Source of the DNA: a virus
DNA length: 52,382 nt
Reading direction: 5' to 3' (one strand)
Virus record (IMG/VR): IMGVR_UViG_3300045988_148619
Part shown: piece after piece, positions 9,109 to 17,052 of the stretch
How positions within the stretch are numbered: the first letter of the stretch is position 1
Layout of the letters: each line of letters starts with the position of its first letter
Notes under the pieces: generated by a model
The model's database searches: none
Told to the model about the DNA's origin: nothing
Seen by the model: only the letters and a program-made list of their open reading frames with translations
Made by a program: the position numbers and the translations under genes

Positions 9109-10620
9109 TTATATTTCTACCTCAGCAATTTCTAAATCATTAATATTTGATCCTTCAGGCTCCAACTCATTAAACACTGAAGGGTCAGCTGTTTCTAAAG
9201 CTTCTTCCTCTTCCTGTTTAATTCTTTCAATCTCAAGCTCAGCCTGTTCTTCTGTAAAGTTGTTTAGTATCATTACAGCTGATTTTTGACTTAGTGTCTT
9301 AGCTCCACCAGTTCTGACACTCATTATATTGGCCTGCTCCATTTCATCCTTTGGAAGCCCATCTTGGAAGTGTAGTACTGGAACAGTAATATCATAATCT
9401 GCAATACCTAAAGCTTCTTCAAGCTTCTGAGCTATATAAAATACTTGCTTGATTCCTTTAGAGTAATATTGTTTCTTCCTGTTTATCTTAGCCAGTATAC
9501 TGTTCATTCTCCATTTAATAGCAAGCCCTGAACTTCCTGAAGTCCCTGAATCACCTTTCCCTAAAGCAACAGCTGGTATTTCAGCAACCATTAAGACCAT
9601 ATCAACCAGCCTATCTAATTCAGAAAAGGCTTCATTAAGTTGCCCATTCCAAGTAATATAAGAAGGAACAATGTCATCTTTGCCCATTACCTCAAAGACC
9701 TTATCTACAGCAACTCTAAATTGTGCATTTCCATCTTCATCTGCTGATAAAAGCCCACTTGGTACAGCCATAGCTGGGTTAGAGTGCTTATCTAATATAT
9801 CTGCTATTTGAGTAATCCTATTATTTATTTCATCTAATAATGGGAGAATTTCAGTTAAATCATCAAGACCTTCCCAAGTATCAGCTATGGATAAGTTTGG
9901 AATATGAACAACTAAAGGCATATTTACTCCTGTCATAACTTCATAACTTGCTGATTCATCTATCCCTTGTATAGCCCATCTGTCAGGCTCATTATCCATA
10001 TTGAAGTTTATAGGAGCTATATTATATCTAGAATATACAATCTTTCCAGCATAGTGGCTCTCTACTGTTAGGCTCCACTTATCCTCTTCTTCATCATATA
10101 AAGGAATAGCTATGTGATAACATTTTATTCTATTTTTATCCCATGATACTGTTTCAGGAAAAACATATTCAGGGTTAATATTTTCAATTATCACTTTAGG
10201 TTCATCTAACTCAGGAGGAAGTTCTCCACCATATTCTTGACCATATCTGACTTTAATGAAGCTGTCCCCAGCATAAGCATTAGAGATTGCATTTTCATAA
10301 AGCATTATATTTAGGTGGTTTTCCTCCATAAGCCTGTTAAAAGCTTCTTGCTCCTTTGAGTACTCACCTTTACCAGCCAACACCTTTAATTCCTCTCCAA
10401 AAAGAAAGTCTGCTGACTTCTTGCATATGATACCAGCTAAATTTACTGATACATACAGAAGGTCTTTGTGGCTAGGCAGAAGATTAGAGCTTTTAAATAC
10501 CTCATTGTGTAACCCCTTAAAGACCTTTTTATTCATTCTGTACTGTCTGATTCTTTTGTTGTGTGCTTGTGGTGGGTACAGTTCACCAACAGCAAATAAT
10601 TTTTGACTTTGCATTATCAT
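9109..10620 (-). CDS. Portal protein
   Basis: 503 aa, directly after the large terminase gene. The size and acidic C-terminus fit an SPP1-type portal. Confidence 0.8.
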   Translation of the reverse strand: MIMQSQKLFAVGELYPPQAHNKRIRQYRMNKKVFKGLHNEVFKSSNLLPSHKDLLYVSVNLAGIICKKSADFLFGEELKVLAGKGEYSKEQEAFNRLMEENHLNIMLYENAISNAYAGDSFIKVRYGQEYGGELPPELDEPKVIIENINPEYVFPETVSWDKNRIKCYHIAIPLYDEEEDKWSLTVESHYAGKIVYSRYNIAPINFNMDNEPDRWAIQGIDESASYEVMTGVNMPLVVHIPNLSIADTWEGLDDLTEILPLLDEINNRITQIADILDKHSNPAMAVPSGLLSADEDGNAQFRVAVDKVFEVMGKDDIVPSYITWNGQLNEAFSELDRLVDMVLMVAEIPAVALGKGDSGTSGSSGLAIKWRMNSILAKINRKKQYYSKGIKQVFYIAQKLEEALGIADYDITVPVLHFQDGLPKDEMEQANIMSVRTGGAKTLSQKSAVMILNNFTEEQAELEIERIKQEEEEALETADPSVFNELEPEGSNINDLEIAEVEI

Positions 10621-10651
10621 AAATAAATAAATCCTTTCTGTATATTGTTTA

Positions 10652-10669
10652 TTGAAAAATACTTTTCAA
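10652..10669. repeat. 18-bp palindrome copy (TTGAAW-N6-WTTCAA family)
   Basis: ttgaaaaatacttttcaa. Confidence 0.8.
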
Positions 10670-10691
10670 AATAGTTACAGCTGTATTCAAA

Positions 10692-10709
10692 TTGAAAAAT
10701 ATTTTTCAA
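10692..10709. repeat. 18-bp palindrome copy (TTGAAW-N6-WTTCAA family)
   Basis: ttgaaaaatatttttcaa, a perfect palindrome. Confidence 0.8.
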
Positions 10710-10720
10710 TAATAAGTAAT

Positions 10721-10751
10721 AAAAAAGCCCAAAGTTAAAATCCTTTAGGCT
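10721..10751 (-). terminator. Intrinsic terminator overlapping the large terminase stop codon
   Basis: Minus strand AGCCTAAAG gattttaa CTTTGGGCT (one mismatch), followed by TTTTTT. Confidence 0.55.
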
Positions 10752-12428
10752 TTTGATAGTATGTTCTTTTTCTTTGCCTTCCAGCAATTTCAACAGCTGA
10801 AGCCAGTGCATCAGGCAAGTCATCATGGTCATGGGCTGGAAACAGCTCTAGCTGTTCCTGAAGCAGTCTGTGACCTCTATTAAATCTTAGATAGCCATTT
10901 TCAACTAATGGCTCCAAGGTTTCAATCCTGTCCTCTTTCTTTCCTTTTGGATTAAATGCTAAAACTCTAGTAGAATATAGACCTTTTTGCATACACCTTT
11001 CCCTAAGTTGTCTGTACATATCATATTGAGCCTGTACTGTTTCAACACCAAATACTTTAGGCTTCCACTGTCTAACTTTCATTTCAGCAACTTCTAAAGC
11101 CTTGTGCATAGGGATTTTATCAGCCCAAGCATCTAGTACATAGATAACACCAGTAAATTTATCCCTTCCTATTGTAACAATGGCATTGTAGTCAGATCTT
11201 TTAGACTTACCAATGGCAATATCCCAAAATGAATATATATCAAGGTTTCTGTAGTCCATTTGGTGTTCATTATAATAAGTAAAATATTCTTTCTTAAAAA
11301 TACATGAATCATCATCTGAAGGTTTATTCAGATACTCTGAAGCAAAAGCCTTTGACCCCACATTAACTTTAATTTTCATAAGCTCAAAATAAGTAAATCT
11401 TTCATTCCAAAGAGTTCTACTCCCTTTGTCCATTTCTTCCTTATGCTCATAGTAAAATTTATCAGCTTCATACTCTCTGTTTGGATTTTCTGTATTTCTT
11501 AATAAAGTGTCTATATGTTCCCATAGATCCAACCTAACAGGTTCAGACACAATAGCTGAATAAATCTTCCCATCAAAATCTGACCTATTTAAAACATGGG
11601 GCAATAACCCCTGACCATGTACTAAAGTTCCCATGTAAATGAAGGCTGTTCTTGTTATATCTCCAATGGGCATGATAACAGAGTTGAACCAGTGGAGATT
11701 CTTCTCCCTTAAATCCTTTGTATTAGTATTTTTACTAGATTCTAAATCATCCAGTATAACTAAATCAGGCCTGTATGCCCCATGCCTAGCACCCCTTAGC
11801 TGTTTTCCTATAGATGCTGACTGTATTTTAATATTATTATGAGTGATGAATCCTTCTTGGTTATCCTGTTCATTTCCCATTTTAGAAGGGCTTAGCAGTT
11901 CACCAAAGTCCTCCCTAAGTTTCTTATTATATTTAAGCTGGTCACCAACCCACTCCACAAACCTTTTAGCCATAGCCTCTGTTTCAGAAACTATTAGTAT
12001 GTAGTGTCTTTTTGCAAATATGATTTGATGTGTTGGGAATACATTGGACATATAACCTGATTTAGCATGACCCCTTGGAACAGACCAGCAGATTTTCTTG
12101 GTAGGTTTAGTATTTAATTCATCCAGCTTTCCACAAAGCTCAGTGTGGAAGGCTGGGGCTTCTGTAAATACAGTTCCTTCAGGAATCAGATTATCTTCAT
12201 TTTCAGGATTGCCCTCATATGAAAAGTATTCATAAGCAAAATATAAAACATCATATTCAGACCTAAGCACCCTGTAAGCCCTGTCTATAGCTTTATATTG
12301 CTTCATGTACTCTGTTGCAATCTCTTTTTCTCCATTATCATTATAATATTTTGCAAGTTCTAAAACTTTAGCCTTGCCCTTTTCAAATCTTTCTAGTTTC
12401 TGTATTACCTCTTTAGGTAAATTGTTCA
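10735..12428 (-). CDS. Terminase large subunit
   Basis: ATG at 12428 follows GGAGGGGGA; the ORF-track start at 12495 adds an unlikely leader. It has the Walker-A-like VPRGHAKSG and a C-terminal nuclease region (DDLPDALASAVE). The portal gene lies downstream. Confidence 0.85.
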
Positions 12429-12496
12429 TATATATCCCCCTCCTACCCCTTTCTGTAGGTAAGAGGAAGTAAAACAAGTAAAAAATGCTAGGCATT

Positions 12497-12520
12497 AAAA
12501 AAAGAAGCTTTTCAGCTTCT
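12497..12520 (-). terminator. Intrinsic terminator just upstream of the large terminase gene
   Basis: Minus strand AGAAGC tgaaaa GCTTCT, followed by TTTTTTT. Confidence 0.6.
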
Positions 12521-12525
12521 CTTTT

Positions 12526-13083
12526 CTAACAAACATATTGTTTACTTGTTTTAAAAATTTGGCTACTTGGGCATAAATGAATATAATCTTTAAGAAGTGT
12601 AAAAGCCCCTACCAATACAGATGGTTCTACCTCAACCTTTAGGCTCTTTTGCTTTTTAACTACAGCTAAAATCTGTTCTAGGGCTTCTTTACAAAGATTC
12701 ATTTCCCTTTTACCTACACACACATAGGAATCAGTATCTATTATGTGCAAGGTCATAGGACAACTCTCTAATCCCTCAAAGCTTTCCAGCTCAGTTGAAC
12801 CTTTATAATGTTTTGCAAATGCTTCTAAATATAAAGTATTTAGAGATTCAAACCCCTCAACATTTAAACCAACTAATAAATGACCTAAGAATGAATCTAT
12901 CTTTAAGTTAATAGCATTATTCAAAATAAGTTTTACATCCTCTTGGGTTGGGTTGTAATAATTAATATACATAGATATATGACCCTTGTTTAAATCAAAC
13001 CAAAAACCATCAGAAGCCCATATCTCTGTGCCTTCTAGCTTTTGCCCTACCTCAATTTTTCTGATACCTTTAATCAATCTCAT
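12526..13083 (-). CDS. Hypothetical protein, paralog of 37975..38499
   Basis: 185 aa with an AAGGAGAG RBS. It shares blocks with the 174-aa plus-strand protein: KIEVGQK/KLEVGKY, FDLN/FDID, YYNPTQEDV/FKNPTQTEI and MTLHIIDTDS/ITVLLVDASD. Confidence 0.6.
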   Translation of the reverse strand: MRLIKGIRKIEVGQKLEGTEIWASDGFWFDLNKGHISMYINYYNPTQEDVKLILNNAINLKIDSFLGHLLVGLNVEGFESLNTLYLEAFAKHYKGSTELESFEGLESCPMTLHIIDTDSYVCVGKREMNLCKEALEQILAVVKKQKSLKVEVEPSVLVGAFTLLKDYIHLCPSSQIFKTSKQYVC

Positions 13084-13108
13084 ACACTCAGTACTCTCCT
13101 TTTAGTTA

Positions 13109-13933
13109 TTATTTAACTCCTATTTTTTTCAAATACCTCCACAGGGTAGTCCTAGACATATTGCATCTTTCTGCTATCTCTGTTGCTGTATATTTGCCTT
13201 CCTTATATAAAGCTAGTGCAAGATCAAAGTTTGCACCATTTTTTAATTTCTTGCCATATTTGACACCCTTGCCTTTTATTTCTTCAGTGATTTGCTTCTG
13301 TTTTAGTGCTTTAAATTCTCCATCTAAATTATGTAAAGCCACCAATCCCTGATATTTAAAGATTGCATATTTTGAAGTACTGTCTATCCATACTTCTCTT
13401 AATGAAAGTACTCTGACCCCTTTTTTATGTAAGCCCACCAGGAACTCTAAAAGATCACTAATGTTATTAACTACATCTATTATCTGATTTAATACCAAAG
13501 TATCTCCATCTTTTAGTTTTGACATTAAGTGTTCATAACCTACTTGCTCAATATCTTTATCAACATAAATGTTTTCACACCCAGCATTCCTCAACTGCTT
13601 CATGACTAATTCCACATCTTGAGTATTAGAGGTTCTTAAATAGCCATATACCTTCCTATTTGTGTGTAAGTCCATTACTCCCTCATCTACAAAGCCACTG
13701 ATTGCCTGTAATCCCTGTATGAAGAAAGGGTATAACATTGGAATGTGGTATTTAATGTAATCATGGTCATATGTTCCATACTCTACAAATTTCTGCTGAG
13801 CAGTCAGGTTCCCAAGGACACAATTTTGAGCTAAGACCTTTAACCCATCTTGCAATGTTTCTACTGATTCCATACCTTCAATGCTTTTACAAGTTTCCTT
13901 CATTTCTTTTAAAACTAAGTTCACATCTTTCAT
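13109..13933 (-). CDS. Resolvase-fold (serine-recombinase-like) HTH protein with degenerate catalytic motifs. It could be a small terminase or a site-specific DNA-binding protein.
   Basis: 274 aa. YGYLRTSNTQD resembles the resolvase Y-x-R-V-S-T-x-x-Q motif. The D-R-x-x-R block is replaced by IIDVVNN. The C-terminal HTH reads YTATEIAERCNMSRTTLWRYLKK. A ~95-aa N-terminal extension is present. It lies two genes upstream of the large terminase gene. Confidence 0.55.
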   Translation of the reverse strand: MKDVNLVLKEMKETCKSIEGMESVETLQDGLKVLAQNCVLGNLTAQQKFVEYGTYDHDYIKYHIPMLYPFFIQGLQAISGFVDEGVMDLHTNRKVYGYLRTSNTQDVELVMKQLRNAGCENIYVDKDIEQVGYEHLMSKLKDGDTLVLNQIIDVVNNISDLLEFLVGLHKKGVRVLSLREVWIDSTSKYAIFKYQGLVALHNLDGEFKALKQKQITEEIKGKGVKYGKKLKNGANFDLALALYKEGKYTATEIAERCNMSRTTLWRYLKKIGVK

Positions 13934-14061
13934 TGTTTAGATTCTCCTATCTGTAAACAGTTGAAATCTTTTACAGGTATTGATTGTACCATTAAACTGT
14001 AAAAGCTACAACTATTATTTTTTCTATATTTTAATTTGTTGTGTTCTCTGTTGCTTCATAG

Positions 14062-14079
14062 TTTGTAACATTTGTAACA
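14062..14079. repeat. Tandem TTTGTAACA x2. Related half-sites occur at 14251-14256, 14264-14269, 14282-14287 and 14444-14451.
   Basis: tttgtaacatttgtaaca. TGTTAC/GTAACA words are clustered within 400 bp of ORF-free DNA. Confidence 0.6.
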
Positions 14080-14605
14080 CTATATACACACTTTAAAAAA
14101 ATACTTTTTTGAAATTTATGGAAGTGCTGTAAAATAACAGGATAATTTATCCAATGTCATGTAAAATACAGTATTAAGTCCTTATAGGGCTTGAACAAGT
14201 TGAAGTGTCTAGTTTTCCAGTTAATAGTTATGTAGTTTTTTATTGGTTTGTGTTACTGATTTCTGTTACTTACACATCTTATGTTACACTAAATTTGAAA
14301 CAAATGCAACACTTATTTTATGGAGGTAATTAAAGGAAATGTGTTTACAGCTTCTTGTATATATGAAAAATGATAAACACATAATCTATCAAGTTGATTC
14401 CCCATTTTTAAAGCCAGTATTACAGATTCATGGAACAAATGTATTGTAACACAATTAAATCCCCTCAGAATAGCTCTCAGGGGCTTAAATAAGTATTTAT
14501 AAACAGGATTCTAAACAAGAAACACACTTAAATATACTCCCCCATTTTATACTCAGTTTTAATGTTAATAAATTTTAAACACCTCTTATAATATATAAAT
14601 ATATA

Positions 14606-14640
14606 TAGGATGTTTATATACTGTATGTTTGGTATAAAAT
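14606..14640 (+). promoter_or_regulatory. 35-bp perfect repeat core carrying an extended -10 promoter (TGgTATAAA); copy A
   Basis: taggatgtttatatactgtatgtttggtataaaat is identical to 42427-42461. Flanking similarity extends the repeat to about 100 bp (about 14555-14660). Confidence 0.6.
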
Positions 14641-14794
14641 ATTTAAACATTAAAACTAGAACCCTTCATTTTACTAGGTTTAAAGCTGTTTTATTGGGGT
14701 ATTAATTAAAGTTTGATCCTCAGTCAAATATATTCCCCACCTTCTGATTAAACTCTGTTGTTTAAAAGATATAAAAGGTAAGGAGTTTATTTAT

Positions 14795-15004
14795 GTGTTA
14801 TTTTATAGATGTTTTACAGTAAATAGTGTTATGTGTGTTTTGGGTGACTGTTGGGTGACTTCATGGGTGACAGTAGATGATGTGTCATTTTCTGTAAAGT
14901 GGCTTTATTTTTTTGTTGTAAATATTTTACTGGCATTAGTCCCCAGCAGAATGAGGGGGGCTGGGGGTGATGGGGGGATCAAAATATACACAAAAATTTT
15001 TTGA
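14795..15004 (+). CDS. Doubtful small ORF (69 aa, GTG start) inside the repeat-rich noncoding region
   Basis: AAGGAG lies 9 nt upstream of the GTG, and the ORF sits about 150 nt downstream of the promoter-like repeat. However, the sequence is dominated by GGGTGAC repeats and a G-tract. Confidence 0.2.
   Translation: MLFYRCFTVNSVMCVLGDCWVTSWVTVDDVSFSVKWLYFFVVNILLALVPSRMRGAGGDGGIKIYTKIF
14842..14871. repeat. Three phased GGGTGAC repeats, 11 and 12 bp apart. Two more lie at 15369-15384.
   Basis: tGGGTGACtgttGGGTGACttcatGGGTGACa. Confidence 0.75.
14953..14980. other. G6-G5-G6 tract, a candidate cos/pac cleavage region
   Basis: gaggggggctgggggtgatggggggatc is, by eye, the most G-rich spot in an AT-rich genome. 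It lies 80 bp from the phased GGGTGAC repeats and upstream of the packaging genes. Confidence 0.3.
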
Positions 15005-15018
15005 AAGATATTTTTCAA
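15001..15018. repeat. 18-bp palindrome copy (TTGAAW-N6-WTTCAA family)
   Basis: ttgaaagatatttttcaa. Confidence 0.8.
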
Positions 15019-15404
15019 TATGATTATTATTAGAAAATGAAATTAATTTTAAATTGAATAATAAAATCAAAAATTATTTGGCAAAATAAATTTTACTGAC
15101 ATGAAAAAAGTACTTCAAAGTATTGCAATTACTTAGCTTGAAGGCTCTTTCACTGACATTATTTTAATATGGCATAAAAGATTTAGTTTTATGTCACTTA
15201 AAAATAATGTAGTGATTGCAATGGGTTCAGTAGTCAGTAATAGTACTATGTCAGTAAATAGTCAGTGGTCATTAAAATTAGGGCTGTATTTAGTAAGATT
15301 TTATAAGTATTTTATAAAGATATTTTGACAGTATTTTAAATCCATTTGAGAAGAAAAGTGAGGGAATTGGGTGAAGTGGGTGACCTTTAAAAACCCCCTA
15401 CCCT

Positions 15405-15440
15405 AAAAAATAGGAGTACCCCTTAAAAAGAAGTACTCCC
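15405..15440 (-). terminator. Second of two tandem intrinsic terminators after gene 15486..15872
   Basis: Minus strand GGAGTAC ..loop.. GTACTCC, followed by TATTTTTT. Confidence 0.6.
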
Positions 15441-15478
15441 ATAAAAAATAGGGAGGGGTTAAAAAAGACCCCACCCCC
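15441..15478 (-). terminator. First of two tandem intrinsic terminators after gene 15486..15872
   Basis: Minus strand GGGTGGGGT cttttttA ACCCCTCCC (one mismatch), followed by TATTTTTT. Confidence 0.6.
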
Positions 15479-15485
15479 TTAAAAA

Positions 15486-15872
15486 TTATAGCCCCAGCTC
15501 CTTTAAGAATGTATCTACATCCACATCTTGTTTTACTGTTGCATTTATGTCTGTTGTATCTTTTAGCTTTCCTTGGTTCTTTAAGACCAGCTCAATGGCC
15601 TTTAACTTCTCATGTGACTTTCCATAAGCCATTATCTTTCTAAGCTCTGAGAAGGCTTCTGAAAGGAATGACCTTTGAAATTCATCAGCTAGATTGTTTA
15701 GATAGTCATTAAATTCTTTCTTTTGTTTCCATCTATAAAGAGTGCTTCTGTCAACTCCTACAGCTTCAGCAATATCATCATTAGACATTTTATTAATATC
15801 CTTCATTATAAGTAATTCACAGGCTTTTTTCTGTGTTGCACTTAGTCCTAATTTTGTAATGTTTTCAACCAT
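15486..15872 (-). CDS. HTH DNA-binding protein (phBC6A51-type, small-terminase-like HTH)
   Basis: ATG at 15872 lies 9 nt after AGGAGA. LSATQKKACELLI...MSNDDIAEAVGVDRSTLYRWKQKKEF is a typical terminase-small/insertion-element-type HTH. Confidence 0.55.
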   Translation of the reverse strand: MVENITKLGLSATQKKACELLIMKDINKMSNDDIAEAVGVDRSTLYRWKQKKEFNDYLNNLADEFQRSFLSEAFSELRKIMAYGKSHEKLKAIELVLKNQGKLKDTTDINATVKQDVDVDTFLKELGL

Positions 15873-16399
15873 CTTCAAATTCTCCTTTCTACAGTATTCT
15901 ACACAGCAAATCAACCAATCTATAAACAAGTAATATCAAGGCTCTTACAGGCTAATCTACAGCCTTAAAAAACACATTATTTACTGTATTTTCATAGTAA
16001 TTTTACTGTCATAAATCAATGCAACACCCTACCATAAAAAACAAGTAAAAAGACATCATTAACTGTTTAATTTTCCTGTATCATTTAACAGTTTACATTT
16101 ACTTTTATAACATCTTTTTAAAGAACAGTTTCAATAGTTTTAAAACAATATTAAACAATAATTTTCTAAATCATTTACAGCACATTTACAGATAACATCA
16201 GAAAAGAAACAATAGAACATTATTTACAGTTAACTAGATTCCTTAAAATGTTTAAAAATATTAATTACAGGATCAACTACTTTAGTGCTGTAATTTTTAA
16301 CCAAACACACACACAGTCAAATCACAGGTACTAAACTATACCTGAATTGCTTAGAATCAATTTTAGAAGGCCATTTTCAAGTTGTATAAAATTATATAA

Positions 16400-16417
16400 T
16401 TGAATATTATTTTTCAA
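16400..16417. repeat. 18-bp palindrome copy (TTGAAW-N6-WTTCAA family)
   Basis: ttgaatattatttttcaa. Confidence 0.75.
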
Positions 16418-16469
16418 TTTGCACTTGTATATATTTATGACCCTTTTGAAACATTGATATACCAACATT

Positions 16470-16487
16470 TTGAATAATACTTTTCAA
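16470..16487. repeat. 18-bp palindrome copy (TTGAAW-N6-WTTCAA family)
   Basis: ttgaataatacttttcaa. Confidence 0.75.
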
Positions 16488-16640
16488 TGGGATGCTTAAA
16501 TACACTTATGACCTGAAATATGTCTTTTGTATAAAATCCTTAATTATATCTAAAGGTACAAACACCTTATGACAAATTTCAAAAAGCTCCTGATGGCTCT
16601 CAGAGGGTCACTTTTTTCTGCAATTTCTTGTACCAGCAAT

Positions 16641-16666
16641 AAAAAAAGACCCTTCAATTTAGGGTC
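16641..16666 (-). terminator. Intrinsic terminator after gene 16695..16898
   Basis: Minus strand GACCCT aaattga AGGGTC, followed by TTTTTTT. Confidence 0.7.
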
Positions 16667-16694
16667 CAACTTTTGAACTGTTTAAAATTCTTTA

Positions 16695-16898
16695 TTATCT
16701 TATTTTCTCTAACACTTCATATCTATCTATAACTGGCTGATGCTTCCAGTATATTCTCTTTATCTTAGCCTTAAAAATGTTCCTTTGACCTAACCCAGCA
16801 ATCTTTTTATAGCTCCTGAAAGCTTCCATTTCAGATTCACCAGCATAATAAATTGATTCTGATTCCATACCAAAATTTTGTATTACTATATATTCCAT
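16695..16898 (-). CDS. Hypothetical small protein
   Basis: 67 aa. ATG follows a GGGAG RBS, and a terminator lies downstream. Confidence 0.5.
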   Translation of the reverse strand: MEYIVIQNFGMESESIYYAGESEMEAFRSYKKIAGLGQRNIFKAKIKRIYWKHQPVIDRYEVLEKIR

Positions 16899-17052
16899 AA
16901 CTCCCTTTAATTCCTTTCAAACACTGGATAATACTATTATAAACTATACATAAAAAAATAACCAGCCCCTAAGAGCTGGTTTATTATTCCCTACTGGGAA
17001 TTTATTTTGATTTATACAAATTTATACACTTAAATTAATAAATAACTGGTGC

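Larger units (their letters stand above)
10648..10712. repeat. Double-palindrome cassette upstream of the portal gene
   Basis: tttattgaaaaatacttttcaaaatagttacagctgtattcaaattgaaaaatatttttcaataata. By eye it is about 92 percent identical to 45541-45606. Confidence 0.85.

Noticed and set aside
10617-10832. A 71-aa minus-strand ORF bridging the terminase 3' end and the portal leader.
   Set aside because: It overlaps the large terminase gene out of frame and runs through the terminator and double-palindrome cassette. It has no RBS.
12429-12495. Long N-terminal extensions given by the ORF track for several genes. Affected genes are the large terminase, SprT-like, HTH 15486.., dNMP kinase, SSB, endolysin, holin, Tal, tail tube and scaffold genes.
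   Set aside because: In each case an internal ATG or GTG has a well-spaced Shine-Dalgarno sequence. The upstream extension lacks one, or overlaps a promoter, terminator or palindrome.
13109-13933. Reading the resolvase-like protein as the phage integrase.
   Set aside because: It is a small resolvase-type fold, not a large serine recombinase. The Arg-rich catalytic block is missing. No att-like context is visible, and a full plasmid replicon and partition system is present instead.
14953-14980. A G-quadruplex-forming sequence.
   Set aside because: Only three G-runs are present, so a canonical four-tract G4 needs splitting a run with a zero-length loop. The tract is kept only as a candidate terminase cleavage or recognition region.
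15210-15224. A 15-mer, tagtgattgcaatgg, shared between 15210-15224 and 41281-41295.
   Set aside because: It is a single short match in an AT-rich 52-kb genome with no extended flanking similarity. It is compatible with chance.
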